Assembly (NCBI GenBank): GCA_019894975.1 | Contig: JAGXNO010000061.1 | Span: 1 to 16,693 of the forward strand | Reading direction: 5' to 3' | Length of the DNA stretch: 16,693 nucleotides | Source: Promethearchaeota archaeon | Lineage (GTDB): Archaea; Asgardarchaeota; Lokiarchaeia; Sigyniarchaeales; SOKP01 | Shown here: piece by piece, positions 1 through 8,622 of the stretch | Position numbering within the stretch: the stretch's first letter is position 1 | Layout: each line of letters starts with the position of its first letter | Translations under genes and position numbers: made by a program | The notes under the pieces: model-generated | What the model saw: the letters and a program-made list of their open reading frames with translations, nothing else | What the model was told of the DNA's origin: nothing | Database searches by the model: none

Positions 1-88
1 GAATTAAGCATTTATTCTTTTTTTTCTCGTTTTCATTAGACTCGTCCAATTCACCTTTATCTGATTCTTTATTCTGATTAGAGTTCAT
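1..88 (-). CDS. 5' fragment of a gene running off the window (MNSNQNKESDKGELDESNENEKKKNKCLI...); occupies the position where secY usually follows uL15, identity not confirmable
   Basis: ATG at 88-86, open to the window edge, purine-rich AGAGAG just upstream; no diagnostic motif in 29 codons. Confidence 0.4.
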   Translation of the reverse strand, partial: MNSNQNKESDKGELDESNENEKKKNKCLI

Positions 89-122
89 TTTGTTTTCTCT
101 CTAAAATAATTAAGGTATATAG

Positions 123-150
123 ATTAACTAAAAACTAAAAATAAAGATTA
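123..150 (-). terminator. Putative archaeal oligo-T terminator after uL15
   Basis: Minus strand reads TAATCTTTATTTTTAGTTTTTAGTT just after the uL15 stop. Confidence 0.4.
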
Positions 151-161
151 AGTTGGTTCAA

Positions 162-641
162 TTATTTAATTTCTGGTAATATTTCTATTTTTCCACCTGC
201 AGCTTCTACTTTCTCTACAGCTTTTTTAGAGGCTTTTTTAACAGTAATATTGATTTTCTTGTTAATTTCTCCACGACCTAGTATTTTTTGGATATTAATA
301 TCGCTCATATTAATGCTGTAGGTAGTTCCTGATTTGGAAGCTTTATTATTTAAAACTAATGAATCAATTTTATTATCCAAATCCTTAACATTAAGAGCAT
401 TTACTTGATAAATACGAGTAACATCTTGTGGTCTTTTAAATCCTTTTTTACCCATATCCCAATCCGGATCAGGAAACCCTAACTCTTTTTGTTTTAGGTA
501 ATAACTTTTTTTACTCTTTTTCCATCCAGTTGTTTTTCCCCTTCCTGCGCGTTGCCCTGATTTTCTATGCTGACCTACTTTACCGTAGCCATGAGTTCTC
601 TCACCTCTCATTTTTCTTACTTTTTTAGCATGATTTCTCAT
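162..641 (-). CDS. rpl15: 50S ribosomal protein uL15
   Basis: KKVRKMRGERTHGYG...HRKSGQRAGRG, KILGRG, AVEKVEAAGG motifs; AGGTGA SD upstream; operon position. Confidence 0.97.
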   Translation of the reverse strand: MRNHAKKVRKMRGERTHGYGKVGQHRKSGQRAGRGKTTGWKKSKKSYYLKQKELGFPDPDWDMGKKGFKRPQDVTRIYQVNALNVKDLDNKIDSLVLNNKASKSGTTYSINMSDINIQKILGRGEINKKINITVKKASKKAVEKVEAAGGKIEILPEIK

Positions 642-661
642 TTAATTAGGTCACCTTCTTC

Positions 662-1186
662 TTATAACATTTTATAAATTAAATCATTGATATAGATACC
701 GACATAACCTAACGTACCACCTTCAGTATAATGCTTTTTTATGGTACCTCGATATCCCTTTCTTGGGGGATGTAAACGGAATACTGGTTTGATTTTATAA
801 ACATCATTTTCCCGATATTGCTTCTCTCCACTAATTAATGCTTTTGAAAGGTCATTAAAAGTTTTAAAACCTGTTAATTTTTTCAAATACTCTTCTGTGA
901 GTGGTTTGTTTCCTTCTACTCTTCCTCTTACCCTTAATAATCTAATCAAAGTTTTTTCATCAATTTCCCCAAATGATATATAATCTTTGCATTTTGTAAG
1001 CATTCCTTTATAGCTCTTTGTCCCCCAGATGAGAACTCCGTGATTTACTTTATGCAATCTAAGCATTTTAAGAGTATCAAGAATTTTTCGCTTCATCCCT
1101 GGAGCCCCTCTAATGCGAAGTGCAAAGTAAAGCTTCGGAACAAATTCTGCTTCCTTTGATTTGATTTTCTTTTTTGCTATTGCCAT
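662..1186 (-). CDS. rpl30: 50S ribosomal protein uL30 (long archaeal form); start revised to ATG 1186 (alternative 1192)
   Basis: ALRIRG, TLKMLRLHKVNHGV, PVFRLHPPRKG, INDLIYKML; the ORF-track start at 1234 overlaps uS5, and GAGTGG precedes the ATG at 1186. Confidence 0.95.
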   Translation of the reverse strand: MAIAKKKIKSKEAEFVPKLYFALRIRGAPGMKRKILDTLKMLRLHKVNHGVLIWGTKSYKGMLTKCKDYISFGEIDEKTLIRLLRVRGRVEGNKPLTEEYLKKLTGFKTFNDLSKALISGEKQYRENDVYKIKPVFRLHPPRKGYRGTIKKHYTEGGTLGYVGIYINDLIYKML

Positions 1187-1205
1187 ATTCATTCCACTCG
1201 TATTC

Positions 1206-1820
1206 TTATATATTAAAATTATATTTATGAGCATTTTTTATTGCATCATATGTTGCTTTAACAAGATTTTCACTCGTTCGGGTGTCACCAAAAGTCTTAC
1301 TCCACACATCTTCAACACCGCATAATCTTAATACTTGTTTTACTTTATCAGCACATGCTAATCCTACTCCAACAGGCGCGGGGATAAGTTGAATCCGAAC
1401 GGAGCCACATTTCCCATTTATTTTAAAAGGAACGCTGTGAGTCCCCCCACATCCACATTCTTTACTTCCACAACCTCGAAGTACAGGCACAATAGAAAGT
1501 TTAGCTTTATCAATAGCTTTCCTTATTGCTGGACCCACCTCTTTCGATTTTCCCATTCCAATACCGATAAAACCATCCGTTCCTACGATTACCACTGCTT
1601 TAAATCTACTGCGTTGGCCACTAGCAGTCATTTGTTGAACCATAGAAATATTTATAACGTCCTCTTTGACTTGTGGGAGTAATGTATTAATAATTTCTTT
1701 TTCTTTCACAACTAAATTATTTTGATAGATTTTGTCTAAAGTGATTAATCCACTTTTTACAAGTTCACCCAATTTTGTTTTTGGGATCCATTCTGCTTCC
1801 ATATCTCTTAGTCTACTCAT
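1206..1820 (-). CDS. rps5: 30S ribosomal protein uS5; start likely ATG 1820
   Basis: WIPKTKLG, GQRSRFKAVVIVG, RGCGSKECGCG..HSVPFK, LIPAPVGVG motifs. Confidence 0.97.
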   Translation of the reverse strand: MSRLRDMEAEWIPKTKLGELVKSGLITLDKIYQNNLVVKEKEIINTLLPQVKEDVINISMVQQMTASGQRSRFKAVVIVGTDGFIGIGMGKSKEVGPAIRKAIDKAKLSIVPVLRGCGSKECGCGGTHSVPFKINGKCGSVRIQLIPAPVGVGLACADKVKQVLRLCGVEDVWSKTFGDTRTSENLVKATYDAIKNAHKYNFNI

Positions 1821-1834
1821 CTTGATCACGTAAT

Positions 1835-2428
1835 TTACGCATTATTTTCTATATTTTTAATTGAATCTGAAAAAATCTGACTAATCTTTTGTGGATTAAT
1901 TTTATTTTTCTTGATATAACCAGAAAAGATCTGCTCATAATTTTCTGGTTCTTCTGACTTTAATTTTTTCGCATAATTTTCAATATGGGTACCCTTGATT
2001 CTTTCCTCTAAACTTTCAGGAAAAAACTCTTCATGATAAGGTACCTGTAAACCCGCATCTATAATTCCTTTGCATGCGGCTAGTACACGGTTTTTATGGT
2101 AAAAAATACCAAGATCAAATATTGCTTCTTGGATATTATTCTTTTTTGCTCTTGATCCTACTAAATAACCAGTTAAGTAAGATGCTGGAATATTTCCTGT
2201 ATTAGCAGTCCATCCATACTTTGAAGCTAGTTCTTTGGAAAAGGCAGATATCATAATTTTATCCCCTCCTCTTTTAGATTGGATTATCTGAACTCTTGTA
2301 TGGTTATTAGATACTCTAATTACGACTCTTAACTTCCTTGATTTCAATAGTTTTATTCTTTTGTGATAATTAGTTTTACCTTCAAATCGTCTTCGTACAG
2401 GTCTTCTATATCTAGGTCCGTGTGGCAT
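1835..2428 (-). CDS. rpl18: 50S ribosomal protein uL18
   Basis: HGPRYRRPVRRRFEGKTNYHKR, NTGNIPASYLTG, KGIIDAGL motifs. Confidence 0.97.
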   Translation of the reverse strand: MPHGPRYRRPVRRRFEGKTNYHKRIKLLKSRKLRVVIRVSNNHTRVQIIQSKRGGDKIMISAFSKELASKYGWTANTGNIPASYLTGYLVGSRAKKNNIQEAIFDLGIFYHKNRVLAACKGIIDAGLQVPYHEEFFPESLEERIKGTHIENYAKKLKSEEPENYEQIFSGYIKKNKINPQKISQIFSDSIKNIENNA

Positions 2429-2430
2429 TT

Positions 2431-2886
2431 TTATCTTCCTCTTCTTATCAATTCCTTTTCTTTTATAAATCGATTTAATTGAGCAACACTGGTGAACATT
2501 CCACCTTTAGCATTTTTATATAGTTTTCGATAATTAGCTGCAGTTATTTGCTTTCTATCTCTTAACTTTTTCAGTTCTCTTCTTATTGGACGAATTCTCT
2601 TTATCCACTTTTTCTTTTTTGGTGATCTTGCATGCTTCGTTCCTTTTCTCTTTCCTAAACCCCTGCCTCTTCCTTTTCTCTTCCTCTCATGGTTAACTTT
2701 TTTCCTTTGGTTCGAAATTCCCTGTTTATATTTTTTCTGAATTATTCCCTGTTTTATTAAATTACGGATATCTTCACGTGTGATAGCTAAAGAGATATCT
2801 TCGATTAAATATGGATCAAAATAAACTCTATTCTTTCCGCACTTGAGAATCTCAGCAGCCATTCTTTTTTGTGGTTTTAAATTCAT
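2431..2886 (-). CDS. rpl19e: 50S ribosomal protein eL19
   Basis: LKPQKRMAAEILKCGKNRV, GKRKGTKHAR, YRKLYKNAKGG motifs. Confidence 0.97.
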   Translation of the reverse strand: MNLKPQKRMAAEILKCGKNRVYFDPYLIEDISLAITREDIRNLIKQGIIQKKYKQGISNQRKKVNHERKRKGRGRGLGKRKGTKHARSPKKKKWIKRIRPIRRELKKLRDRKQITAANYRKLYKNAKGGMFTSVAQLNRFIKEKELIRRGR

Positions 2887-2916
2887 TTTAATTATTCCTC
2901 TCTACTCTTCATTCCT

Positions 2917-3405
2917 TTAATCAATAGAATCTTCTAATTCATCGATATCAATAAAATCTTCACCTTCTAAATCCGCAATAGGAGCTTCTGCCATCTGTTC
3001 TAGTAATTCAATTTCTTTGTGTGAAATCCCAAGATTCAATATTTTAAATCCCCTTTTTTGACAGTAATCTGTTAGAGTAATTCGCTTTTTCACCCCTAAT
3101 TTTCCAGAAATTTTAAGAGCATGCTTATTTTTATTTAATTTTTTTAAATCATCCAATGTAGTAATTCTTACCTCTTTATACCCAGAGGGGTGTAAACCTC
3201 TAACCTTTTTAGGACCTCTATATCCTATAGTTGGAGATTTAACACCTGATTTCTTTTTCTTTCGAGTTTTTGAATCTATACCTCTAGCTTTTCTCCAAGA
3301 ATCCTTAACTCTTTTATATCTCCAGGATTCAACTCGCCTAAATGAGGGTCTTTTCTTGTTCATATTTTTCCTAAGTTCCATAAGTCTTTTATCTCGAGCC
3401 ATCAT
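2917..3405 (-). CDS. rpl32e: 50S ribosomal protein eL32 with acidic C-terminal extension
   Basis: KKRPSFRRVESWRYKR..SWRKARGIDSK, GYRGPKKVRGLHPSG motifs. Confidence 0.97.
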   Translation of the reverse strand: MMARDKRLMELRKNMNKKRPSFRRVESWRYKRVKDSWRKARGIDSKTRKKKKSGVKSPTIGYRGPKKVRGLHPSGYKEVRITTLDDLKKLNKNKHALKISGKLGVKKRITLTDYCQKRGFKILNLGISHKEIELLEQMAEAPIADLEGEDFIDIDELEDSID

Positions 3406-3417
3406 AAAAACCTCATT

Positions 3418-3996
3418 TTATATAATTTCCCAAAAAATCTCTTCTCCTAGTTGTTTTCTATACAAGTAGACTCCATCTTGAAATACTCTAGGATCCTTTT
3501 TTCTTATTCGACAAGCTCTTTTAACATTAGCAGCGCTTTGCCCGAGAGCTTCTTTATCTGGACCGATAAAATAAACATCATCCCCTTCTACTTCCACTTT
3601 TACATTATTTGGAATTTTAGCTTTCCTCGGTGCTCTTTCTCCTAAGAAGTTTTCAACAAGTAAGGTTTTATTTTTCTCATCCACCCTTACACTACACGGG
3701 AAATGAGAATAAGCAATCTTTGAGATGTATTTATAATTATTTTGAACTCCTATTATTAGATTATTGATAATACTCATTATTGTTTTTACTAATGCTAAGG
3801 TTCCGCTTTTAGGAAAGTTAGTAGAAAAAATAACCTTATTTCCTTCTATCGCAACTTTAATACCTCTGATATGAGAAAAATCTTTTGTAATATCTCCCTC
3901 AGGGCCTTTTACTCTAATATGATGTCCTCCTTCTAATGATAGCTTAACTCCTTTGGGGATCTCTAATTCTTCTTTAAAGAACGCGATTTTTACCAT
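3418..3996 (-). CDS. rpl6: 50S ribosomal protein uL6
   Basis: VKGPEG, YSHFP, ENFLGERAPR, KDPRVFQDGVY motifs; GAGGT SD. Confidence 0.97.
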   Translation of the reverse strand: MVKIAFFKEELEIPKGVKLSLEGGHHIRVKGPEGDITKDFSHIRGIKVAIEGNKVIFSTNFPKSGTLALVKTIMSIINNLIIGVQNNYKYISKIAYSHFPCSVRVDEKNKTLLVENFLGERAPRKAKIPNNVKVEVEGDDVYFIGPDKEALGQSAANVKRACRIRKKDPRVFQDGVYLYRKQLGEEIFWEII

Positions 3997-4019
3997 TTTT
4001 TAATTACCTCATAATTATG

Positions 4020-4403
4020 TTAATAGATATAACATAAAGCGTGTCCTCCAATTTGATTATCTTCTGCTTCTTTCATTGTCATTATTCCTTGATTTGTCGT
4101 CATTATTATTAAACCTAAACCAGGAGCAGGTAATAATCGTCTTTCTAAAAGATCAAACTGATTAGTTTTATAATTTAATCTAATTAAACCAGAACATTCA
4201 TTAATTTTACCCTGTAATGCTACTTTAAACTTACCTTGACGTCCGTCGTCATATCTTTCAAACTCTCCAATATAGGCATGTCTTTGGAAGATACGGAGAA
4301 TTTGTTGTATTTCTTTTGAAGCAGGACTTATTATCACTTCTTTTTTACGGGCTCTTTCAGCATTCTTAAGAGCACAACATGCATCTGCGAGTGAGTTTAC
4401 CAT
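4020..4403 (-). CDS. rps8: 30S ribosomal protein uS8; start likely ATG 4403
   Basis: LKNAE, YIGEFE..DDGRQGKFKV.L.GKINEC, LPAPGLG..IMTTNQG, IGG..LCYIY; the GTG at 4412 lies inside the SD (GAGGATGTGA). Confidence 0.96.
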   Translation of the reverse strand: MVNSLADACCALKNAERARKKEVIISPASKEIQQILRIFQRHAYIGEFERYDDGRQGKFKVALQGKINECSGLIRLNYKTNQFDLLERRLLPAPGLGLIIMTTNQGIMTMKEAEDNQIGGHALCYIY

Positions 4404-4438
4404 ATTTTTCACATCCTCATTTTGTTTTTCTATTTTTC

Positions 4439-4588
4439 TTATTCATACCTTTTAAATCCAATATTTTGCCCTATTTCATAAAAACAACGTCTACAAATGT
4501 ACAAACCATATCTTCTAATTATGCCTCTATGAGTATGACATCGTCTACATTCTCTCTGTCCTTTACCATAACGCTTGCCTTGTGGAAT
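4439..4588 (-). CDS. rps14: 30S ribosomal protein uS14 (zinc-binding, 49 aa), not in ORF track; apparent ATT start
   Basis: Hand translation (M)[48 protein letters not shown]: two CxxC pairs, canonical position between uL5 and uS8; AGGTGA SD at 4600-4595. Confidence 0.95.
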   Translation of the reverse strand: MPQGKRYGKGQRECRRCHTHRGIIRRYGLYICRRCFYEIGQNIGFKRYE

Positions 4589-4609
4589 ATTTTTTCACCT
4601 TTAACTTCA

Positions 4610-5206
4610 TTAAATATATTCTAAATCTAATTTTTTTACAACTCCAACTCCAAAATTTTGCTTTAAAAAATATTGGGCTTCTGCACGTGATACATAATGA
4701 TGTCTTGGAATTTTTGTTCTTCTTTTTCTTCTATATTTCACTCTCATTCCAGGTCTAGTAATCCTTCCACATATATCCATCCCCCACAAACCTATACTTG
4801 CTTCATAATCTGTTTGAGGGATTTTAATATGTTCGTCTATGCCAAATGCGAAATTTCCAAAATTATCAAAACTTTTTTGTAAGATTTTATTATTATTTAC
4901 GATTAACAATCTTTTTAATAGCCTTTCTGCATCATTACCTCTTAAAGTAATCTTACAGCCTATAGGTCGCCCTTTTCTAAGATTAAATTCTTTTACATTA
5001 ACTTTAGAAATTGTTTTAACAGGTTTCTTCCCTGTAAGTTGTTCCAATACTGTAACTGCTTTTTCTAATTCTTCTCCACCACCCCCAACCCCTATATTTA
5101 AAACTATTTTTTCTAAGAATGGTTTTTTCATGGGATTTTTCCAATCTTCGTCATATTCTTTTAATTGGGCGCTTGAAGCTTTTTTTTTCTTAGATGTGGC
5201 TGACAT
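4610..5206 (-). CDS. rpl5: 50S ribosomal protein uL5
   Basis: NPMKKPFLEKIVLNIGVG, PIGCKITLRG, SFDNFGNFAFGIDEHI, RPGMRVKYRR. Confidence 0.97.
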   Translation of the reverse strand: MSATSKKKKASSAQLKEYDEDWKNPMKKPFLEKIVLNIGVGGGGEELEKAVTVLEQLTGKKPVKTISKVNVKEFNLRKGRPIGCKITLRGNDAERLLKRLLIVNNNKILQKSFDNFGNFAFGIDEHIKIPQTDYEASIGLWGMDICGRITRPGMRVKYRRKRRTKIPRHHYVSRAEAQYFLKQNFGVGVVKKLDLEYI

Positions 5207-5228
5207 TTTTTTATCCTCTTAATATATA

Positions 5229-5984
5229 TTAATTATCTATGGTAGGTAAAACAATTTCAGATTGATCTTCACCAATAATAAATGTATAATCATATAATGT
5301 TTCTGTATGACTCTCATTATGCTGGATTGAGACTGTACTTGCTTTCGGACCAAATCTTTTCAAAATATTAATAATCTTTCCTATTTGTCCGATATTTTTC
5401 CCAGACATAATAATTGCTAAATTATTTTCCTTAAAGTGTAATACTTTCAATATTTCTTGTTCTGGAATAGACATTTTTAAAACATCCATATGTTTATAAA
5501 CGTCTTCTTTAGGATTTCTTGGATCATTTACCCGTATTAAAATATTTCTCCCATCATGTAAATTTAGTTGAATATGACCACCTTTTACATTAGTTTTATT
5601 GGTTATCCTACATAACTTAAACCTACTTGCCTCTTCACTAATCTCATGTAAAATTAAACCATAATGGGAATCGGGTAATACTCGATAATATTTATTCATT
5701 TTCTCTATTGATAGAACATCCATCAATCCAACAGGAAAACCTGTATCTCTAACTACTTTTCCATCAACTTTAAAATATCCTAAACCAATTAATTTCTTTG
5801 CTTCCCTATGATTATCCACAACTTCTAATAAATCTCTTACGATATGCAAGAGTGGTAGACAAAATCTACTCGGATGAGGACCAGGAGAAGATTTGATGAA
5901 AAATTTTCCATGTTTCCTCTTGATTTGTAAAAATGCGGGTGTATTAAGTCTCTTTAGAGTCTTTTGGCCTCCATGTCTAGTCAT
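5229..5984 (-). CDS. rps4e: 30S ribosomal protein eS4
   Basis: SPGPH, VDGKVVRDTGFPVGLMDV, KLCRI.NK..VKGG.IQLNLHDGRN; overlaps the uL24 stop by 8 nt. Confidence 0.97.
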   Translation of the reverse strand: MTRHGGQKTLKRLNTPAFLQIKRKHGKFFIKSSPGPHPSRFCLPLLHIVRDLLEVVDNHREAKKLIGLGYFKVDGKVVRDTGFPVGLMDVLSIEKMNKYYRVLPDSHYGLILHEISEEASRFKLCRITNKTNVKGGHIQLNLHDGRNILIRVNDPRNPKEDVYKHMDVLKMSIPEQEILKVLHFKENNLAIIMSGKNIGQIGKIINILKRFGPKASTVSIQHNESHTETLYDYTFIIGEDQSEIVLPTIDN

Positions 5985-6411
5985 ATTTATCTTCCTCTTT
6001 TTCTTTCTTTGGTCCTTTTAATTCTTCGTCATAAAATCCATATAAGGCTTTTCTTTCTATCATTTGAGCTCGCCAAGGATCTAATTTCTTTTCCTTGGCA
6101 AACTTAGTTATAAGTAAATTTGATACATGTATGGCAGGATGAAATTGTGTCCCATCTGATTTTTCGAATTGAGCTTCCTTTATTTTGCATCTCATGTTTT
6201 TGGTAATCTCCAAAACTTCTCCTTCGAAATCTTTGAACTCACCTTTTGTAATTCTAACGCTATCCCCTACTCTAACGGGCAGTTTCTTTATCCCATATTC
6301 GTCCCGAAGAAAGTCTGCCACTCTTGTACTAAACAATTTCGACCGTTGATGGTTTTTGTAATTATAAAGTGCTTTTCTTTGTTTGCTTGGTTGTTTTGAT
6401 TTTACTTTCAT
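5977..6411 (-). CDS. rpl24: 50S ribosomal protein uL24
   Basis: SKQPSKQRKALYN, LPVRVGDSVRITKGEFK (KOW), IHVSNLLITK. Confidence 0.96.
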   Translation of the reverse strand: MKVKSKQPSKQRKALYNYKNHQRSKLFSTRVADFLRDEYGIKKLPVRVGDSVRITKGEFKDFEGEVLEITKNMRCKIKEAQFEKSDGTQFHPAIHVSNLLITKFAKEKKLDPWRAQMIERKALYGFYDEELKGPKKEKEEDKYD

Positions 6412-6434
6412 CTTTAGCTCCTTTTCCTTTATTA

Positions 6435-6860
6435 TTAAATTATTACCGATGAAATTGATGCTAATCTTGGGAACAATTCAGCCGCTTCTCGAGCGATAGG
6501 TCCAGATATTTGAGTACCTTTCGGTTCTCCTTCATTCGTCACTATAACTCCTGCATTATCTTCAAAACGTAAACGAGTGCCATCCAATCGGCGAACAATC
6601 ATTTTTTGTCTAACAATTACTGCCTTTAGAATATTTCCTCGCATCTCAGGTTTTCCCTTTTTTACTGTAACAGTACAAATACTACCAAGTGTAGCTTTGG
6701 GTAATCTTCTTTGTCTTCCTTTATAATGGTCTACATTGATGATTTCGGCTATTTTTGCCCCAGAATTATCCGCAATCTGGATTCTTGAGCCATTTTGCAG
6801 TCCATAACTCGTCCTGTGTCTCGACATCCGTTTTGCGCCCATTTTACGCCTTGTGCCCAT
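6435..6860 (-). CDS. rpl14: 50S ribosomal protein uL14
   Basis: ADNSGAK, VKKGKPEMR, RFEDNAGVIV...GEPKGTQI.GPIAREAAE. Confidence 0.98.
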   Translation of the reverse strand: MGTRRKMGAKRMSRHRTSYGLQNGSRIQIADNSGAKIAEIINVDHYKGRQRRLPKATLGSICTVTVKKGKPEMRGNILKAVIVRQKMIVRRLDGTRLRFEDNAGVIVTNEGEPKGTQISGPIAREAAELFPRLASISSVII

Positions 6861-7214
6861 TTAAACCCCTCCGCTTGAGATTTTTCCTAATACAATAAAT
6901 GCTTTTGTTTTTGAAATTTTTCGAGATTCTCCGACCCGAATTAGGTCCCCAATTTCTATCTCTTGAGTTAAACATTCTGGTAAATGACATGCAAGTCGCG
7001 TATTACGACGTTCATATCTTTGATACTTCTTGACAAATTGAACATAATCTCTTTTAATAATAGCTGTGTTTTTAGACTTCATACTCACAATAATTCCTTG
7101 TGTAATCTTTCCCCTAATTCTTGTCTCTCCATGAAAGGGACATGATTCATCATGGCAGTCTTCAGCCTTAGTTTTGGGGGGTACTACACCAGGGATTCCA
7201 ATATTTCTACTCAT
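6861..7214 (-). CDS. rps17: 30S ribosomal protein uS17
   Basis: CHDESCPFHG..RIRG, KKYQRYERR, GESRKISKTKAF; ATGA overlap with the rnp1 stop. Confidence 0.97.
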   Translation of the reverse strand: MSRNIGIPGVVPPKTKAEDCHDESCPFHGETRIRGKITQGIIVSMKSKNTAIIKRDYVQFVKKYQRYERRNTRLACHLPECLTQEIEIGDLIRVGESRKISKTKAFIVLGKISSGGV

Positions 7215-7525
7215 TTTTTAGACCATCTCTTCTTTTTTAAACTTCTTAATCTATTCACGGGAAAACCTACAATTTTTTTCCCTTGGACTTCTAAATAATA
7301 ATCTTCTCCATTTTCTGTATTGATTGGTACTTTAAACCTAAATACATAATCTTTTTTAATATATTTTTTAACTTTACTTTCTTTTTCTGTAATTAACATA
7401 TTTCTTGTATCATCAATTATAATTCCAATATCCATAAATTCAGTATCCTTTTTTCTTGACGTAAGTTTCGCATAAGCCTTTATTCCAATTAAGTCATGAT
7501 AAATTAAATATTTTGGATTTATCAC
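7211..7525 (-). CDS. rnp1: Ribonuclease P protein component 1 (Rpp29/POP4)
   Basis: LIYHDLIG, GIIIDDTRNML, VQGKKIVGFPVNRL; conserved position between uL29 and uS17; GTG start overlapping the uL29 stop (GTGA). Confidence 0.9.
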   Translation of the reverse strand: MINPKYLIYHDLIGIKAYAKLTSRKKDTEFMDIGIIIDDTRNMLITEKESKVKKYIKKDYVFRFKVPINTENGEDYYLEVQGKKIVGFPVNRLRSLKKKRWSKK

Positions 7526-7725
7526 CGTTGTTCCTCGTTATATACTGTTAAAATTCGAGCAATCTGCTTTCTTAAAATCTTTGCTTTTCCAGGATTATCA
7601 GCGATTCCCCCACCTGTCTGGTTTGAATATAACATCATTAATTCTTCCCGTAAATTCAATAGAGCTCTTTCTCTTTCTCTTTCATCCATTTCTCGTATTG
7701 CGTTTGCTGTTAATATATCTCCCAT
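7522..7725 (-). CDS. rpl29: 50S ribosomal protein uL29
   Basis: IREM...LREELM, NPGKAKILRKQIARILTV. Confidence 0.95.
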   Translation of the reverse strand: MGDILTANAIREMDERERERALLNLREELMMLYSNQTGGGIADNPGKAKILRKQIARILTVYNEEQR

Positions 7726-7756
7726 TTATTATAACACCCTATTTCTCATATTGATT

Positions 7757-8542
7757 TTATTTTTCTTCTTCTTTTACCTCTTCTTCTTCTGGAGCTAATG
7801 AAATTTCAGATATCGCTTCCTCATCTACTTCATCAATTATTTCTTTTTCCTCTTCGATTACTCCAGATGTTTCTTCTTCTATCATATATTCAACTTTTGT
7901 CTTGGCTATTTTTGATTCTGCTTCCTTTTGAGCTTTAGTTAGAAGTTCATATTTTAATTTTACCTCATCACCCTTCTTGGTATCTGAGTGCTGGATTTTT
8001 ACAACTACTCCCAAAGTACCAGATTTTTGAATACATTGTGCTACTCCCTTATCGACCCCCACTTGTGAGGGATATCCACTTTTTGTCATTATTCCAGCTC
8101 GAAATATTTGCGTTCTGGCCCTTTGACTCGTAACCTTACCCGAGACCCGGATTTCAGCACCAAGAGCTCCTCCTGAATCCATGATTTTTCTAAGGATATA
8201 ATAACCTGCTCTTCTGTAATGACGACCTCTATCTAAACTGTATGCCAAACGTTCTGCCATAATTTGCGCATTAAGATCGGGATTTTGAACCTCTTCAACC
8301 TCGATCTGGGGCATTTCTAAGCTAAATTTTTCCTGAAGTACATCTGTAATCTCTTGGATACGCTTTCCACCTTTTCCAATTACTAAGCCAGGCCGACTTG
8401 TTCTTAAAGTAATCCTAACTCCCAATGGTGTCTTTTGGACATCAACCCCTGCAAATCCTGCTCGAACTAACTCTGATCGCAAATATTCATTTATTTGCAT
8501 CAATTTTATACCCTGCTCAATAAAGTTTTTCACTAGGGGCAA
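7757..8542 (-). CDS. rps3: 30S ribosomal protein uS3 (TTG start), acidic C-tail
   Basis: KH motif RPGLVIGKGGKRI, LNAQIMAERLA..LDRG.HYRRA; GGTGA SD 5 nt before TTG. Confidence 0.97.
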   Translation of the reverse strand: MPLVKNFIEQGIKLMQINEYLRSELVRAGFAGVDVQKTPLGVRITLRTSRPGLVIGKGGKRIQEITDVLQEKFSLEMPQIEVEEVQNPDLNAQIMAERLAYSLDRGRHYRRAGYYILRKIMDSGGALGAEIRVSGKVTSQRARTQIFRAGIMTKSGYPSQVGVDKGVAQCIQKSGTLGVVVKIQHSDTKKGDEVKLKYELLTKAQKEAESKIAKTKVEYMIEEETSGVIEEEKEIIDEVDEEAISEISLAPEEEEVKEEEK

Positions 8543-8622
8543 TCAGATCACCAAGTAAATGCGTCTCCTCGCAATTTTATTTATCTTCATAATTATATCT
8601 TTATATTTTAATATTTAATTCC

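Noticed and set aside
1389-6399. Plus-strand ORFs at 1389-1682, 3451-3645, 4379-4624, 4697-4882, 4839-5222 and 6169-6399
   Set aside because: Antisense shadows of well-supported r-protein genes; Phe/Ser-rich, no motifs
8543-8545. TGA before uS3 read as selenocysteine to give an N-extended uS3
   Set aside because: No Cys-like context, no recognisable SECIS, and uS3 has its own SD and normal N-terminus
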